Source of the DNA: Planctomycetota bacterium
Lineage (GTDB): Bacteria > Planctomycetota > PLA2 > JAEUHO01
DNA length: 64,000 nucleotides
Assembly: GCA_050248855.1 (NCBI GenBank)
Contig: JBFWRP010000001.1
Coordinates: forward strand, 96,001-160,000
Direction of reading: 5' to 3'
Part shown: positions 47,285-59,019 of the stretch, piece by piece
How the letters are laid out: the number at the start of each line of letters is the position of its first letter
How positions within the stretch are numbered: the first letter of the stretch is position 1
The notes under the pieces: generated by a model
The model's database searches: none
Told to the model about the DNA's origin: nothing
The model's input: the letters and a program-made list of their open reading frames with translations, nothing else
Position numbers and translations under genes: made by a program

Positions 47285-48253
47285 TCAGGCCTTGGCGCGT
47301 GCTCGCGACGTCTTCGGCAGGTTCTTCTTGTACCAGAGCAACGTCTTGGCCAGCCCCTCGGCGATGCGCACGCGGGGGCGGAAGCCCAGCACTTCCTGCG
47401 CCTTCACGATGTCGGCCAGACCGTGGCGGACGTCGCTGGAACGGGCGTCGGCGAAATCCGGCGTGATCTCGCGCTCGAGCATCGTCCCGAACATCGTCAG
47501 GAGACCACCCACGCTGAGACGGCTGCCCGAGGCGATGTTGAAGACCTCGCCCTCGGCCTTCGGGGCAACGCAGGCCAAGCGGAACGCCTCGATGACGTCC
47601 GAGACGTAGATGAAGTCCCGCGACTGCTTGCCGTCGCCGAAGACGACGGGGGTCTCTCCGCGCAGGATCGCCGCGCAGAACGCGCCGACCACGCCCCCAT
47701 GCGGCCCCTCGATGCCCTGCCGCGGCCCGTACACGTTGAACAGGCGCAACGAGACCGTCTCGAGGCGGTAGGTCGTGTAGAAGACGCGCGTCAGCTCTTC
47801 GCCCATCAGCGCCCCCGCCCCGATGGGCGCGTAGGGCGTGGGAAGCATGTTCTCTTCCTTGGGCAGGACCGGGCTCTCGCCGTAGACGGCGGCGCTCGAC
47901 GCGAACACGACGCGCTTGACCTTCATGTCGCGCGCGGCGATGAGGCAGTTGAGGGTCCCGACCGCGGCGATCTCGATCGCGGTCTTGGGGTCTTGCACGG
48001 ACGGCTCGACACCCGGCGGGCAGGCCAGGTGCAGGAGGTAGTCGCAGCCCTTGGCGGCCTTGCGGACCTCCTTCTCGTCCCGGATGTCGGCCTCGTGGAC
48101 CTTGACGTCCGTGGCGCGCTGGTCTTGGAGGTTCTTGCGGGAACCGGTGCTCATGTCGTCGAGCACGACGACCTTGTCGCCGCTCGCAACCAGGGCGTCG
48201 ACCAGGTTGGACCCGATGAAGCCCGCACCGCCCGTCACCAGGTACTTGGCCAT
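47285..48253 (-). CDS. NAD-dependent epimerase/dehydratase family (extended SDR), atypical active site
   Basis: TGGAGFIGS, ASSAAVYG, FNVYGPRQ, GDGKQSRDFIYV; YxxxK absent. Confidence 0.9.
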   Translation of the reverse strand: MAKYLVTGGAGFIGSNLVDALVASGDKVVVLDDMSTGSRKNLQDQRATDVKVHEADIRDEKEVRKAAKGCDYLLHLACPPGVEPSVQDPKTAIEIAAVGTLNCLIAARDMKVKRVVFASSAAVYGESPVLPKEENMLPTPYAPIGAGALMGEELTRVFYTTYRLETVSLRLFNVYGPRQGIEGPHGGVVGAFCAAILRGETPVVFGDGKQSRDFIYVSDVIEAFRLACVAPKAEGEVFNIASGSRLSVGGLLTMFGTMLEREITPDFADARSSDVRHGLADIVKAQEVLGFRPRVRIAEGLAKTLLWYKKNLPKTSRARAKA

Positions 48254-48387
48254 CCCAGCTCCTCGTCCACCAGCGGGAAAGCGGGGCGTGGCACCCCCAA
48301 GGTGGCCGGGAAAGGTAGGTCCCGGGGGCCCTGGCGCGAAGCGTTTTCCCAGCGTCCCCAGGCCGCTGCGCCGCGTGCCGCGTTCCG

Positions 48388-49364
48388 TCAGGCTCGCGGC
48401 GAGACCCCGCCGGCACGGGCGCGGAACCAAGCCAGCGTCGTGGCGAGCCCGGCCCTGAGGCCCACCCGCGGACTCCAGCCCAGGGCCCTCAGGCGGGTGA
48501 TGTCCGGCTCGCGACGCTGCGGGTCGTCGGCGTTGGCCGGTTCGTGCAGCACGCCCCCCGGATGCCCGGCCAGCTCCGCGATCAAGTGCGCGAACTGCAG
48601 GATCGAGAGCTCGCCGGGGGCGCCGACGTTGACGGGCTCCCCGTCGCCGTGCTGGGCCACGGTCAGCAGGCCCTCCACCGTGTCGTCGACGAACGAGAAG
48701 CTCCGTGTCTGCGTGCCGTCGCCATGGACCGGCAGCGGCTGCCCGGCCAACGCGGCGCCGACGAACGCCGGCAGGACACGTCCGTCGTCGGGTCGCATGC
48801 GTGGCCCGTACGTGTTGAAGATGCGCGCGATCTGCGTGGACACGCCGCGGTGGCGGCGCCACGCCATGGTGAGCGCCTCGGCGTACCGCTTGGCCTCGTC
48901 GTACACGCTGCGCGGGCCGATCGGGTTCACGCGCCCCCAGTAGGACTCGGGCTGGGGGAAGACCTCGGGGTCGCCGTACACCTCGCTCGTGCTGGCGAGC
49001 AGGAACCGTGCGCCGGTTTCCTCGGCCAGGGCCAAGGCGTTCTCCGTGCCGAGGCTGCCGGTCCGCAGGATCTCGAGCGGCATGCGGGCGAAGTCCACGG
49101 GGCTGGCCGGGCTCGCCAGATGCAGCACGCCGGCCAGCGGCCCCTCGACGGCGAGAGGCGTGCAGACGTCCTGCTCGACGAACGTGAAGCGCTCGTTGCC
49201 CTCGTGGTGCGCGATGTTCTCGTGGCGCCCCGTGCAGAGGTTGTCGATCACGGTGACCCGGTGGCCGCGCTCCATGAGTCGGTCCACCATGTGGCTGCCG
49301 ACGAAACCGGCGCCACCCGTGACCACCAGGTGACTGCCGGGGGGGAACGGCGCGCCGGGTCCGC

Positions 49365-49368
<4 letters not shown>
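48388..49368 (-). CDS. UDP-glucuronate decarboxylase (UDP-xylose synthase)-like SDR
   Basis: [65 protein letters not shown]. Confidence 0.92.
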
Positions 49369-50705
<1,337 letters not shown>

Positions 50706-50709
50706 GCGT

Positions 50710-51210
50710 TCAGGCGACCTTCACGCGGAAGAGCGGTTCGCCATACTCGACGGGTTGGCCGTCTTCGGCGAGGACCTCGACGATTTCGCCCGAGAGCTCG
50801 GCCTGGATCTCGTTGTTGACCTTCATCGCCTCGACGATGCAGACGACGGTCTGCGCGCTGACGCGGTCCCCCACCTCGACGTAGGGCTCGGCGTCGGGGC
50901 TGGGCCGACGGTAGAAGGTCCCGACCATCGGCGAAGGGATGTCCTTGGTCCCAGGCGGCGGGCCGGCGGGTGCGTCGGCCGCTTCCCCGGGCGAGCCGCC
51001 CGGTGTCGGGGCGGCCGCCGGCGGTGGGACGAATCCGGGATGGGCATGGCCGAGCTGGGCGTAGCCGGGCTGGGCATAGGTCACGAGCGGCGCGGACGGC
51101 GCTTCGGCCTTGCGCAAGTGCACGCGCCAGCCCTCCTGCTCGAGCTCGACCTCCACGAGGCCGTTCTTGTTCATCAGCCTGACGAGCCGCCTGAGCTCCT
51201 GATGGTCCAT
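50710..51210 (-). CDS. accB: Biotin carboxyl carrier protein
   Basis: [12 protein letters not shown] biotinylation motif, [11 protein letters not shown]. Confidence 0.96.
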   Translation of the reverse strand: MDHQELRRLVRLMNKNGLVEVELEQEGWRVHLRKAEAPSAPLVTYAQPGYAQLGHAHPGFVPPPAAAPTPGGSPGEAADAPAGPPPGTKDIPSPMVGTFYRRPSPDAEPYVEVGDRVSAQTVVCIVEAMKVNNEIQAELSGEIVEVLAEDGQPVEYGEPLFRVKVA

Positions 51211-51419
51211 CAAGCCGCCTCCGCCGGGGCACCCGCCTTGGAGCCCATGACCGATCACCGGCATCGGGCTCCGCGTGCAGGCGCAAGCCCCGGGCTCCCG
51301 ACCTCAGGGCGCCCGTTGGCACACGCGCCAGCCCCGGGCCCCATGCGACGGCGCTTCGGCAGCCCGATCCTATCCCCGTGCCCAAAGGCCTCCAAGGCCG
51401 GCCCCTCCCCACGGTGGGG

Positions 51420-52451
51420 TCACGAGCGGAGCAGCTCCTCGGCGATCTCGATGGCGTTCTGGGCGGCTCCCTTGCGGACCTGGTCACCGGTCAGCCAGAG
51501 GTCCAGACCCCGCTCGTGCGAGGGGTCGCGGCGCACCCGGCCCACGAGCACGTCGTCCTGGCCGTCCGCATCCCGGGGCGTGGGAAACGCCAAGGACGCC
51601 GGGTCGTCCACCAAGCGGACACCGGGCGCGGCCCGGATCCAGCCGCGCGCCTCCTCCGGGGACACCGGGCGCTCGAGGACGAGGTTCACGGCCTCGGAGT
51701 GCGCGCGTCGGACGGGCACGCGCACGCAGGTTGCCGTGAGCCTGAGGTCGGGCCGCCCCAGCAGCCGACGGCTCTCGCGCACGAGCTTGCGCTCCTCCGT
51801 GGTCGTCCCGTCTTCGGTGAATGCCTGGACGAAGGGCAGGACGTTGGCGTGGATCGGCTTGGGGTAGACCGTCGCCTCGAGCGGCTGGCCCGCGCGCTCC
51901 TGCTCCCCTTGTCGGGCGAGCTCGTCCAGGGCCTTGGCGCCACTGCCGGAGACCGCTTGGTACGTGGCGACGACGGCACGTTCGATCTTGGCGTGGCGCT
52001 CGATCGGCGCCACCGCCATGACGAACAGGATCGTCGAGCAGTTGGGGTTGGCGACGAGGCCGGGGCGCGGACGATCGCCCGGGACGCGCAACGCATCGAG
52101 GTCGTGCGGGTTGACCTGCGGCACGACGAGGGGGACCGTCGGGTCTTCGCGGAAGGCCGAGCTGTTGTCGATCACCGTGGCACCTGCCGCGGCGGCGCGG
52201 CGGGCGTGGGCCGCCTGGGCGCTGCCTGCGCTGAAGAACGCGAAGTCCACGCCGGCGAAGTCCGCCGTGGCGAGGTCCTCGACCACGACGTCCCGATCGC
52301 GCCAGCGCACCGTCCGCCCCGCGCTCCGCGCCGAGGCCATCAAGCGCAGCGATCCCACGGGGAAGTCGCGCTCGTCGAGCATGGCGAGGATCTCCTCGCC
52401 GACGACACCGGTGGCTCCTGCCACCGCCACGGACCATGCCCGTCTCGTCAC
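51420..52451 (-). CDS. asd: Aspartate-semialdehyde dehydrogenase
   Basis: [44 protein letters not shown]. Confidence 0.96.
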   Translation of the reverse strand: MTRRAWSVAVAGATGVVGEEILAMLDERDFPVGSLRLMASARSAGRTVRWRDRDVVVEDLATADFAGVDFAFFSAGSAQAAHARRAAAAGATVIDNSSAFREDPTVPLVVPQVNPHDLDALRVPGDRPRPGLVANPNCSTILFVMAVAPIERHAKIERAVVATYQAVSGSGAKALDELARQGEQERAGQPLEATVYPKPIHANVLPFVQAFTEDGTTTEERKLVRESRRLLGRPDLRLTATCVRVPVRRAHSEAVNLVLERPVSPEEARGWIRAAPGVRLVDDPASLAFPTPRDADGQDDVLVGRVRRDPSHERGLDLWLTGDQVRKGAAQNAIEIAEELLRS

Positions 52452-52954
52452 GTCGTGCTCCCCCTCTCCTCGACGTCCGGGCGGCGCCACGCGCCGCTCT
52501 TCCCGCCGTCCTTCTCGAGCAGGCGCACGCCATCGATGGAGGCCGTGCGGTCCACGCCCTTGACCATGTCGTAGAGCGCAAGCGCGGCGACCGCGGCCGC
52601 GGTAAGGGCTTCCATCTCCACGCCGGTCCGTGCGGTCACCCGCGCCTCGGCGACGATGCGGACGGTGCCGGGCGCCTCGAGCTCGCAGCGCACGTCCACG
52701 TGGTCCAAGCCCAGGGGATGACAGAGCGGAATGAGGTCGGCGGTGCGCTTGGCGCCCTGGATGCCGGCAAGGCGTGCCACGGCCAGCGCATCGCCCTTGG
52801 CCGTGCGACCGTCGCGCACGAGCGCGAACGTCTCGGCCGAGAGGTTCACGCGCGCCTCGGCGAGCGCGCGTCGCGACGTGACGGCCTTGCCGCCCACGTC
52901 GACCATGCGTGCCTCGCCGGCGTCATCGGCATGCGTGAGTCGACGGCTGTCCAT
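52448..52954 (-). CDS. moaC: Cyclic pyranopterin monophosphate synthase MoaC
   Basis: [45 protein letters not shown]. Confidence 0.96.
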   Translation of the reverse strand: MDSRRLTHADDAGEARMVDVGGKAVTSRRALAEARVNLSAETFALVRDGRTAKGDALAVARLAGIQGAKRTADLIPLCHPLGLDHVDVRCELEAPGTVRIVAEARVTARTGVEMEALTAAAVAALALYDMVKGVDRTASIDGVRLLEKDGGKSGAWRRPDVEERGSTT

Positions 52955-52999
52955 CGCGGGATGGTACGCCCCTCCCGCCGGTCCGCGTACCGTGGCGCC

Positions 53000-53512
53000 G
53001 TGAGCCAGGCCGACCCGTATCGGCTGCACCGCGCGACGGCTGCCGACCATGCCTGGGTGCGCGAAGTCCGCTTGCGGGCGTTGCAGGAGGATCCCGACGC
53101 CTTCGGCTCCACCCACGCTCGCGAGAAGGACCGCACGCCAAAGGAGTGGGCGGCGTTCGCCGGCCGACCCGAGGCCGCCACGTTCCTGGTCTTGGCAGGA
53201 GGCCGCCCGGTGGGCATCGCGAGCGGCAGCCCGTACCGCCCCCCCTCGACCCAGGTGGGGCTCTTCGGCATGTGGGTGGCCCCGGAGGCGCGAGGCCAGG
53301 GCCTCGGCGGGCGCCTGGTCGATGCCGTGATCGCCTGGGCGTGGGCGGCGGGCCACCGCCGCTTGCACCTCGACGTCGGGGACGCCAACGAAGCGGCCAT
53401 CCGCCTCTACGCGTCGCGCGGCTTCGAGCCCACGGGCGTGACCGGAGCCGTCGATCCCGAGCGCCCCCACATCACCGAGCACGAGCGCGCGCTGGACCTG
53501 CACGGCCCGTGA
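53000..53512 (+). CDS. GNAT family N-acetyltransferase
   Basis: [13 protein letters not shown] acetyl-CoA motif; [13 protein letters not shown]. Confidence 0.9.
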   Translation: MSQADPYRLHRATAADHAWVREVRLRALQEDPDAFGSTHAREKDRTPKEWAAFAGRPEAATFLVLAGGRPVGIASGSPYRPPSTQVGLFGMWVAPEARGQGLGGRLVDAVIAWAWAAGHRRLHLDVGDANEAAIRLYASRGFEPTGVTGAVDPERPHITEHERALDLHGP

Positions 53513-53542
53513 GGAGCGCTGGCCCGGCCTCCCCGCGGCCCC

Positions 53543-55060
53543 TCACACGCGCAGGGCGAGGGCTTCGTCGATGTGCGGTGGCTCGAGCGTGTCGACATCG
53601 CAGAGGTCGGCCAGCGTGCGGGCCACGCGCAGCGTGCGGTGCACCGCGCGTCCCGAGAGTCCCAGGCTCTGCGTGGCGCGCACGAGTCGCTGCAGCGCGG
53701 CGGGCGTGGGGTCGACCGCGTCGGGCAGCCTGGCCGCGGGTAGCTCGGCGTTGGCGTAGACCCTGCTTCGGAGCGCACGGCAGCGATCCCCCTGGCGGCG
53801 CAGGGCGGCTGCGAGCTGGGCCTCCGTGAACGGCGCCGGCGCCGGCGGACCGACCAGCTGCTGCGGATCGACCGGACGCGTGGTGACGCAGAGGTCGAAG
53901 CGATCCCGGAGCGGCCCCGAGATGCGCGCTTGGTAGCGGCTGATCTCGCGGACGCCGCAGCGGCAACGACCCGGCACGCCCTGCCACCCACACGGGCACG
54001 GGTTCATGGCGGCGACAAGGACCACGCGGCTCGGAAGCCGCACGCTGCCCGCAGCCCGGCTGACGACGAGGGCACCGTCTTCCAGCGGCTGGCGCAGGGC
54101 TTCGAGCGAGGTGCGCGCGAACTCCGGCAGCTCGTCGAGGAACAGCACGCCGCGATGCGCGAGGCTCACCTCGCCCGGTCGGGGTGGCGAGCCTCCACCG
54201 ACGAGGCCCGGGAGACTTGCCGTGTGGTGCGGCGCGCGGAAGGGGCGCTTGCGCACGAGCCCGCCCGCGAGGAGGCCGGCGGCGCTGTGTACGCGGCTCA
54301 CGTCGAGCGCCTCCTCGCGCGTGAGCGGCGGCAGGAGGTCGCGCACCTCGCGGGCCAGCATGGTCTTGCCCGAGCCGGGTGGCCCCATGAGCAGCAGGTT
54401 GTGCCCACCGACGGCCGCGACCCAGGCGGCCCGCAGGGCCTGCGCCTGGCCGCGGACCTGCGAGCACAGGGGGACCTCGTGGGAGGGGGACCACGGCGGC
54501 GCGCGCGTCGGCTCGATCGGCGCGAGACCCTCCACGTGCTCGACGGCGCCGAGCACGTCGTCGACGGCATGCACGTCGACGCCCTCGACCGAGGCCGCCT
54601 CGGCCGCGTTCGCGCGCGGCACGAGCGCCGCGGTGAGGCGAGCCCGGCGTGCCGCCTCCACGGCGGCCAGCACGCCACGCACCGGGCGCAGCGAACCATC
54701 GAGCGCGACCTCCCCGAGGCACAGGTACAGCGCCAGCCGCGACGGCGCGCTGAAGGTGCCGAGCGCGCCCAATAGGCCGAGGGCGATCGCCAGGTCCAGC
54801 GCGGCGCCCTGCTTGCGGTCGGCCGCCGGGGCCAGGTTGACGGTGGCTCGCGTGTCGGGCCACCCCCAGCCGCCAGACTGCAGCGCTGCGCGGATCCGCT
54901 CACGACCCTCGCGCATGGCGATGTCGGGCAGGCCCACGATGCGGAACGAGCGCTCGCCGCCCTCCTCGCGCGGCGCCAGGGCAACCTGCACGTCGACCAG
55001 GCGGGCCTCCGTGCCGACCAGGGTGGCGCCCACCGTGCGTGCGAAGCCTGCATCGCTCAC
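53543..55060 (-). CDS. comM: YifB/ComM family AAA+ ATPase
   Basis: IVGLPD, VNLAPA, GPPGSGKT, PFRAPHH, PGEVSLAHRGVLFLDE, AMNPCPCG. Confidence 0.92.
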   Translation of the reverse strand: MSDAGFARTVGATLVGTEARLVDVQVALAPREEGGERSFRIVGLPDIAMREGRERIRAALQSGGWGWPDTRATVNLAPAADRKQGAALDLAIALGLLGALGTFSAPSRLALYLCLGEVALDGSLRPVRGVLAAVEAARRARLTAALVPRANAAEAASVEGVDVHAVDDVLGAVEHVEGLAPIEPTRAPPWSPSHEVPLCSQVRGQAQALRAAWVAAVGGHNLLLMGPPGSGKTMLAREVRDLLPPLTREEALDVSRVHSAAGLLAGGLVRKRPFRAPHHTASLPGLVGGGSPPRPGEVSLAHRGVLFLDELPEFARTSLEALRQPLEDGALVVSRAAGSVRLPSRVVLVAAMNPCPCGWQGVPGRCRCGVREISRYQARISGPLRDRFDLCVTTRPVDPQQLVGPPAPAPFTEAQLAAALRRQGDRCRALRSRVYANAELPAARLPDAVDPTPAALQRLVRATQSLGLSGRAVHRTLRVARTLADLCDVDTLEPPHIDEALALRV

Positions 55061-55144
55061 GGCGGCGGCCACGCCACGGCGCGGTTCCCGGTCACGGGAC
55101 CAACGTCCGGCGGCTGCCCGACGTAGGAGCCGGCGGAGGGCCCC

Positions 55145-56431
55145 ATGGACCACGCGATGGCCACGCGCACCCCGAGGCGGCTTCGCGCCGCGCTCGTCCT
55201 GCTGGGCGCGGCCGCGCTTGCGGCGGTGCCCCTGCTACCGGGAACGTCCGGCCAGGCGCTTGCGGGGCCCCCACGCGCGACCGACGAGCTGGCCGAACGA
55301 CGCGAGCGCGCCCTTGCGAAGGCGCGCGCTTGGCTCGACGATCACGTCTTCGGGCTGGTCGAGAGCGAGGGCACGCCGCGCAAGCCGTTCACGGTGGCGT
55401 TGTACGGGCTGATCGAGCTCAAGGCCGGCGGCGCATCGCGCGAGGCCCGTCGCGGAAGCACCGTGGCGCGCGCGCGCCGCTATCTCGAGCAGTGGCTCGG
55501 CGGCGTGGAGACCCGCGCGTCGAAGCCCGACCAGCTGCCGCCGCGCCACGGGCTCGCGTCGAGTCGACACCTCGTCCAGTACACGTGGCCCGCCGCGTTG
55601 GCCCTGTGGTTCCTCGCGGACGCCGAGTCGTCGACCGCACGCGCGATGGCGCCGCGCTCCTCGCTGCGCCGCCTGGCCGAGCTGCTCGCCGACGCCCAGG
55701 ACGCCAACGGCGGCTTCGGCCACGGGCGCATTCACGCACCTGCTGCCGGCGCCGACGATGGGCTGCCCTTCGACGTGCCGCTGGGCTATCCCTCCACGCT
55801 CGTCTCGTCGACCTACGTCGTCCTCGCCGCACTCGGCCATGCCCGTGGGCACCTGGGACCGGCCATCGAGGGTGTAGGCCAGAAGGCGGTCGACCATCTC
55901 GTCGCCAGCCAGCTGCCTGGGGGGCTGCAGCCCTACGACACGAGCCAGCGCAGTGCGCACGGCGACCCGACCGGGATCGCGCGGGCTGCCGGGGCCGCGT
56001 ATGCGCTCCACGCGTGGGGCCTGCCGTGGACCCACCGCCACCAGGTGCGCGCGCTGGAGCAGGTCGACGAGCGCGTGGACCTGCTCTCCGAGGGCCACGG
56101 CAGCAGCATGCTCGGCCTGTGGTTCGGCGCGATGCTGGCACGCGCGCGTGGGGAGCGCGCATGGGCCGCCTTCCGCAAGGTCCACCTGCCGGCTTTGCTG
56201 GACGGCCAGCACGAGGACGGTCGCCTGCCGTGCCCCTGCCGAGGTGCAACCTTCGGGGCCACGGACGACGACGAGCCGCTACCGGGGCTGGGGGCCTCCC
56301 TGCCGACGGTCTTCCGCGACGGCACCGACGCCTACGTGACGGCGCTCGGGACGCTGATCCTCCTGCTCGACCGGGGGGACGGCCCGTCGACGCGCCCCGC
56401 TCGCCCTCGCGGCGACATCACGCCGCGGTAG
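55145..56431 (+). CDS. Exported alpha/alpha-toroid protein with QxxxG (prenyltransferase/squalene-cyclase-like) repeats
   Basis: Signal peptide; ALAKARAWL, AQDANGGFG, SQLPGG, GQHEDGRL. Confidence 0.68.
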   Translation: MDHAMATRTPRRLRAALVLLGAAALAAVPLLPGTSGQALAGPPRATDELAERRERALAKARAWLDDHVFGLVESEGTPRKPFTVALYGLIELKAGGASREARRGSTVARARRYLEQWLGGVETRASKPDQLPPRHGLASSRHLVQYTWPAALALWFLADAESSTARAMAPRSSLRRLAELLADAQDANGGFGHGRIHAPAAGADDGLPFDVPLGYPSTLVSSTYVVLAALGHARGHLGPAIEGVGQKAVDHLVASQLPGGLQPYDTSQRSAHGDPTGIARAAGAAYALHAWGLPWTHRHQVRALEQVDERVDLLSEGHGSSMLGLWFGAMLARARGERAWAAFRKVHLPALLDGQHEDGRLPCPCRGATFGATDDDEPLPGLGASLPTVFRDGTDAYVTALGTLILLLDRGDGPSTRPARPRGDITPR

Positions 56432-56535
56432 GCGGGCGACCCCCTCGGGCGGCCCGGCCGCGCCCTTCCCCCAAGGGGCGTGGTGGCCCGGCAAGAGGGG
56501 CTAGGATGATCGGCCACGCTTGTTCCGGAGACCTC

Positions 56536-59019
56536 ATGCGCCATTTCGTACGAACGCTCCTCGTAGCCGCGCTGCTGCTTCCAGCGCTCGTCGTGCCCGT
56601 CGGGGCCGACGAGATCGAAGAGGGCGCCGCAGCCCGCAAGGTCGAGGATCTCCTGCGGGAGGACCCGGGGGACGACGTGCGGGCCATCTGGCTCTTGGCC
56701 ACCCGCCTGCAGCAGCTCGACACGGCGGCCCTGCCCGCCTTGCACCGCGCCGAGGCCGACGCCACGCCCGGTCGCCGGCTGGCGATCGGCAGGGCCCTCG
56801 TGGCGCTGGAGGACTTCATGCGGGGGCTCGACGTGTTGCGCGCGGTGGCGGGCAACACCGAGGTCGCCGGCACCCTGCGCGCGGCCGCCCTCTCCGTGAT
56901 CGGGAGGGAGGGTGAACCGGAGGACGCGGACTGGATCGAGGAGCGCATCGACCTGGAGCTGGACCCGCACACGAAGCTGGCCATGGCCAAGGCCCTCTGG
57001 GACCTCAACCGCAGCAGCAAGATGAAGGGCAAGGAGGTCATGCTCGACTTCATCGCGAGCACGGATCCCGACTTGCGGGCCCTCGGCGCCTTGGCCCTGG
57101 GCGAGATCGGCGCCATCGGCGAGGCGCGCGGCATCCTCAACGAGCTCAAGGACGAGCCCACCGAGCGCGGCCGCAGTGCCCAGCTGCTGATCAGCCTGCT
57201 GCAGCGCCAGCGCGTCATCGAGAACCTCGAGGCCGCCGCCGACCGCGCCGCTCCGCCGCCGGAGCCCACGAAGCCGGTGGAGCCCGTCACCAACAGCGGC
57301 TGGCCGCTGTTGGACGAGATCTGGAACCGCCTCGCCTCGGCGTATGCGTTCCCCGACAAGGTGCGCGACCGGCGCAAGCTGGAGGACGCGGCCGCGGCAG
57401 GTCTGACCCGGGCGCTCGACGAGCACACGACCTACATGTCGCCCGAGGCCTACGGCGAGCTGATGGAGAGCCTGGACCCCTCCTACGGCGGCATCGGCGC
57501 GTACGTCCAGAACGACCCCGACAACGGGCAGCGCTTCACGATCTCGCGCCCCATCTACGGCGGCCCCGTCTACCAAGCCGACCTGCGCGCGGGCGACATC
57601 GTGGTCATGGTCGAGGACACACCCACGCAGGGCCTCACGGCGGACGAGTGCGTCAAGCTGTTGCGCGGACCGGCGGGCACGAAGGTGCGCATCTCCGTCG
57701 TCCGTCCGGGCTGGACGGAGCCGCGCGAGTACACGCTGACGCGCGCCCGCATCACCATCCCCACCACGGCCTACGACGTGCTGCCTGGCGGCATCGGCTT
57801 CCTGCAGCTGCAGCACTTCAGCGAGGAGACCGCGGAAGAAGTCGGTCGCGTGCTGGACGACTTCCAACGCGACGGCGTGAAGGGCGTCATCCTCGACCTG
57901 CGCGGCAACACGGGCGGCTTCCTGCGGAGCGCCGTCGAGATCGCCAGCGAGTTCCTGCCCGGCGGTACCACGGTGGTCACGGAGACCGGCCGCCAGGGCA
58001 TCTGGCCCGAGCGCCGGCACGTGGCCGACGGCCGCGGTGACCGCCGCCCGGACCTGCCCATCGTCGTCCTGGTCAACCAGTCCACGGCCAGCGCGGCCGA
58101 GATCCTGGCCGGCGCGCTCAAGGACACGGGGCGCGCCAAGCTCGTCGGCCAGATGACCTACGGCAAGGGCACCGCCCAGGTGCCGCTGCCCCTGACGAGC
58201 CGACCGGGCGAGACGTTCGAGGACTCCGAGCGTGCCGTCCGCCGCTTCGAGGACAAGAACCGCAACCAGCAGTGGGACGAGGGCGAGCCCTTCACCATCG
58301 TGATGCGGTTGAACCAGGAGTTCGACCCCGCCGAACGCTTCACCGACGAGAACGGCAACGGGACGTACGACCGCGGCGAGCCGTTCGCCGACGACAACGG
58401 CAACGGCGCCTGGGACGATGCCGAGAAGTTCGAGGATGCCAACGGCAACGGCAAGTGGGATCCGGGCGGGACGGTCAAGATGACGGTCGCGCGCTACCTC
58501 ACGCCCAGTGGCTTCAACCCCAACGGCGAGCTCAAGGTCGTTGACGGTCGCATCGAGCGCGTGGGCGGCATCGCCGTCGACGTGCAGCAACGCCCGGACG
58601 GCGAGTTCGACTTCTGGGAGATCCACGAGCAGCGCAAGCTCGAGAGCACGCCCGCCGTACGCGAGTACGTGAACAAGCTCTACGCCGAGCAGCCCGACCG
58701 CATGGAGGCCCTCGCGCGCAGCGACCACAACGATCCTGGCGCGTACCCGGGTTTCGAGGCGTTCTACGCGAGCTTGGACACCAAGCTCGACCGTGACGCC
58801 GTTCGCTGGCTGGTCCGCTTCCACACGCGCCGCGTCGTCGGCAACGCCCACGGCCGCGAGCTGGTCGGGGACGTCGTCGACGACCTGCAGCTCCAGCGCG
58901 CCCTGCAGGTCCTCGCTACCGAGATGGGGTTGAAGCTGGCCGACATCGACGGCCTGGCCTTCGTGCCGGGCATGCTGGAGGCGTCGGAGAAGCGGGCTGC
59001 CGAGGCTGCTACGCGGTGA
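56536..59019 (+). CDS. S41 (CtpA/Prc-type) C-terminal processing protease with N-terminal HEAT region and PDZ
   Basis: Signal peptide; YGGIG PDZ; ILDLRGNTGG, TASAAEILAG (catalytic Ser), TYGKG (catalytic Lys), TVARYLTPSG. Confidence 0.93.
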   Translation: MRHFVRTLLVAALLLPALVVPVGADEIEEGAAARKVEDLLREDPGDDVRAIWLLATRLQQLDTAALPALHRAEADATPGRRLAIGRALVALEDFMRGLDVLRAVAGNTEVAGTLRAAALSVIGREGEPEDADWIEERIDLELDPHTKLAMAKALWDLNRSSKMKGKEVMLDFIASTDPDLRALGALALGEIGAIGEARGILNELKDEPTERGRSAQLLISLLQRQRVIENLEAAADRAAPPPEPTKPVEPVTNSGWPLLDEIWNRLASAYAFPDKVRDRRKLEDAAAAGLTRALDEHTTYMSPEAYGELMESLDPSYGGIGAYVQNDPDNGQRFTISRPIYGGPVYQADLRAGDIVVMVEDTPTQGLTADECVKLLRGPAGTKVRISVVRPGWTEPREYTLTRARITIPTTAYDVLPGGIGFLQLQHFSEETAEEVGRVLDDFQRDGVKGVILDLRGNTGGFLRSAVEIASEFLPGGTTVVTETGRQGIWPERRHVADGRGDRRPDLPIVVLVNQSTASAAEILAGALKDTGRAKLVGQMTYGKGTAQVPLPLTSRPGETFEDSERAVRRFEDKNRNQQWDEGEPFTIVMRLNQEFDPAERFTDENGNGTYDRGEPFADDNGNGAWDDAEKFEDANGNGKWDPGGTVKMTVARYLTPSGFNPNGELKVVDGRIERVGGIAVDVQQRPDGEFDFWEIHEQRKLESTPAVREYVNKLYAEQPDRMEALARSDHNDPGAYPGFEAFYASLDTKLDRDAVRWLVRFHTRRVVGNAHGRELVGDVVDDLQLQRALQVLATEMGLKLADIDGLAFVPGMLEASEKRAAEAATR

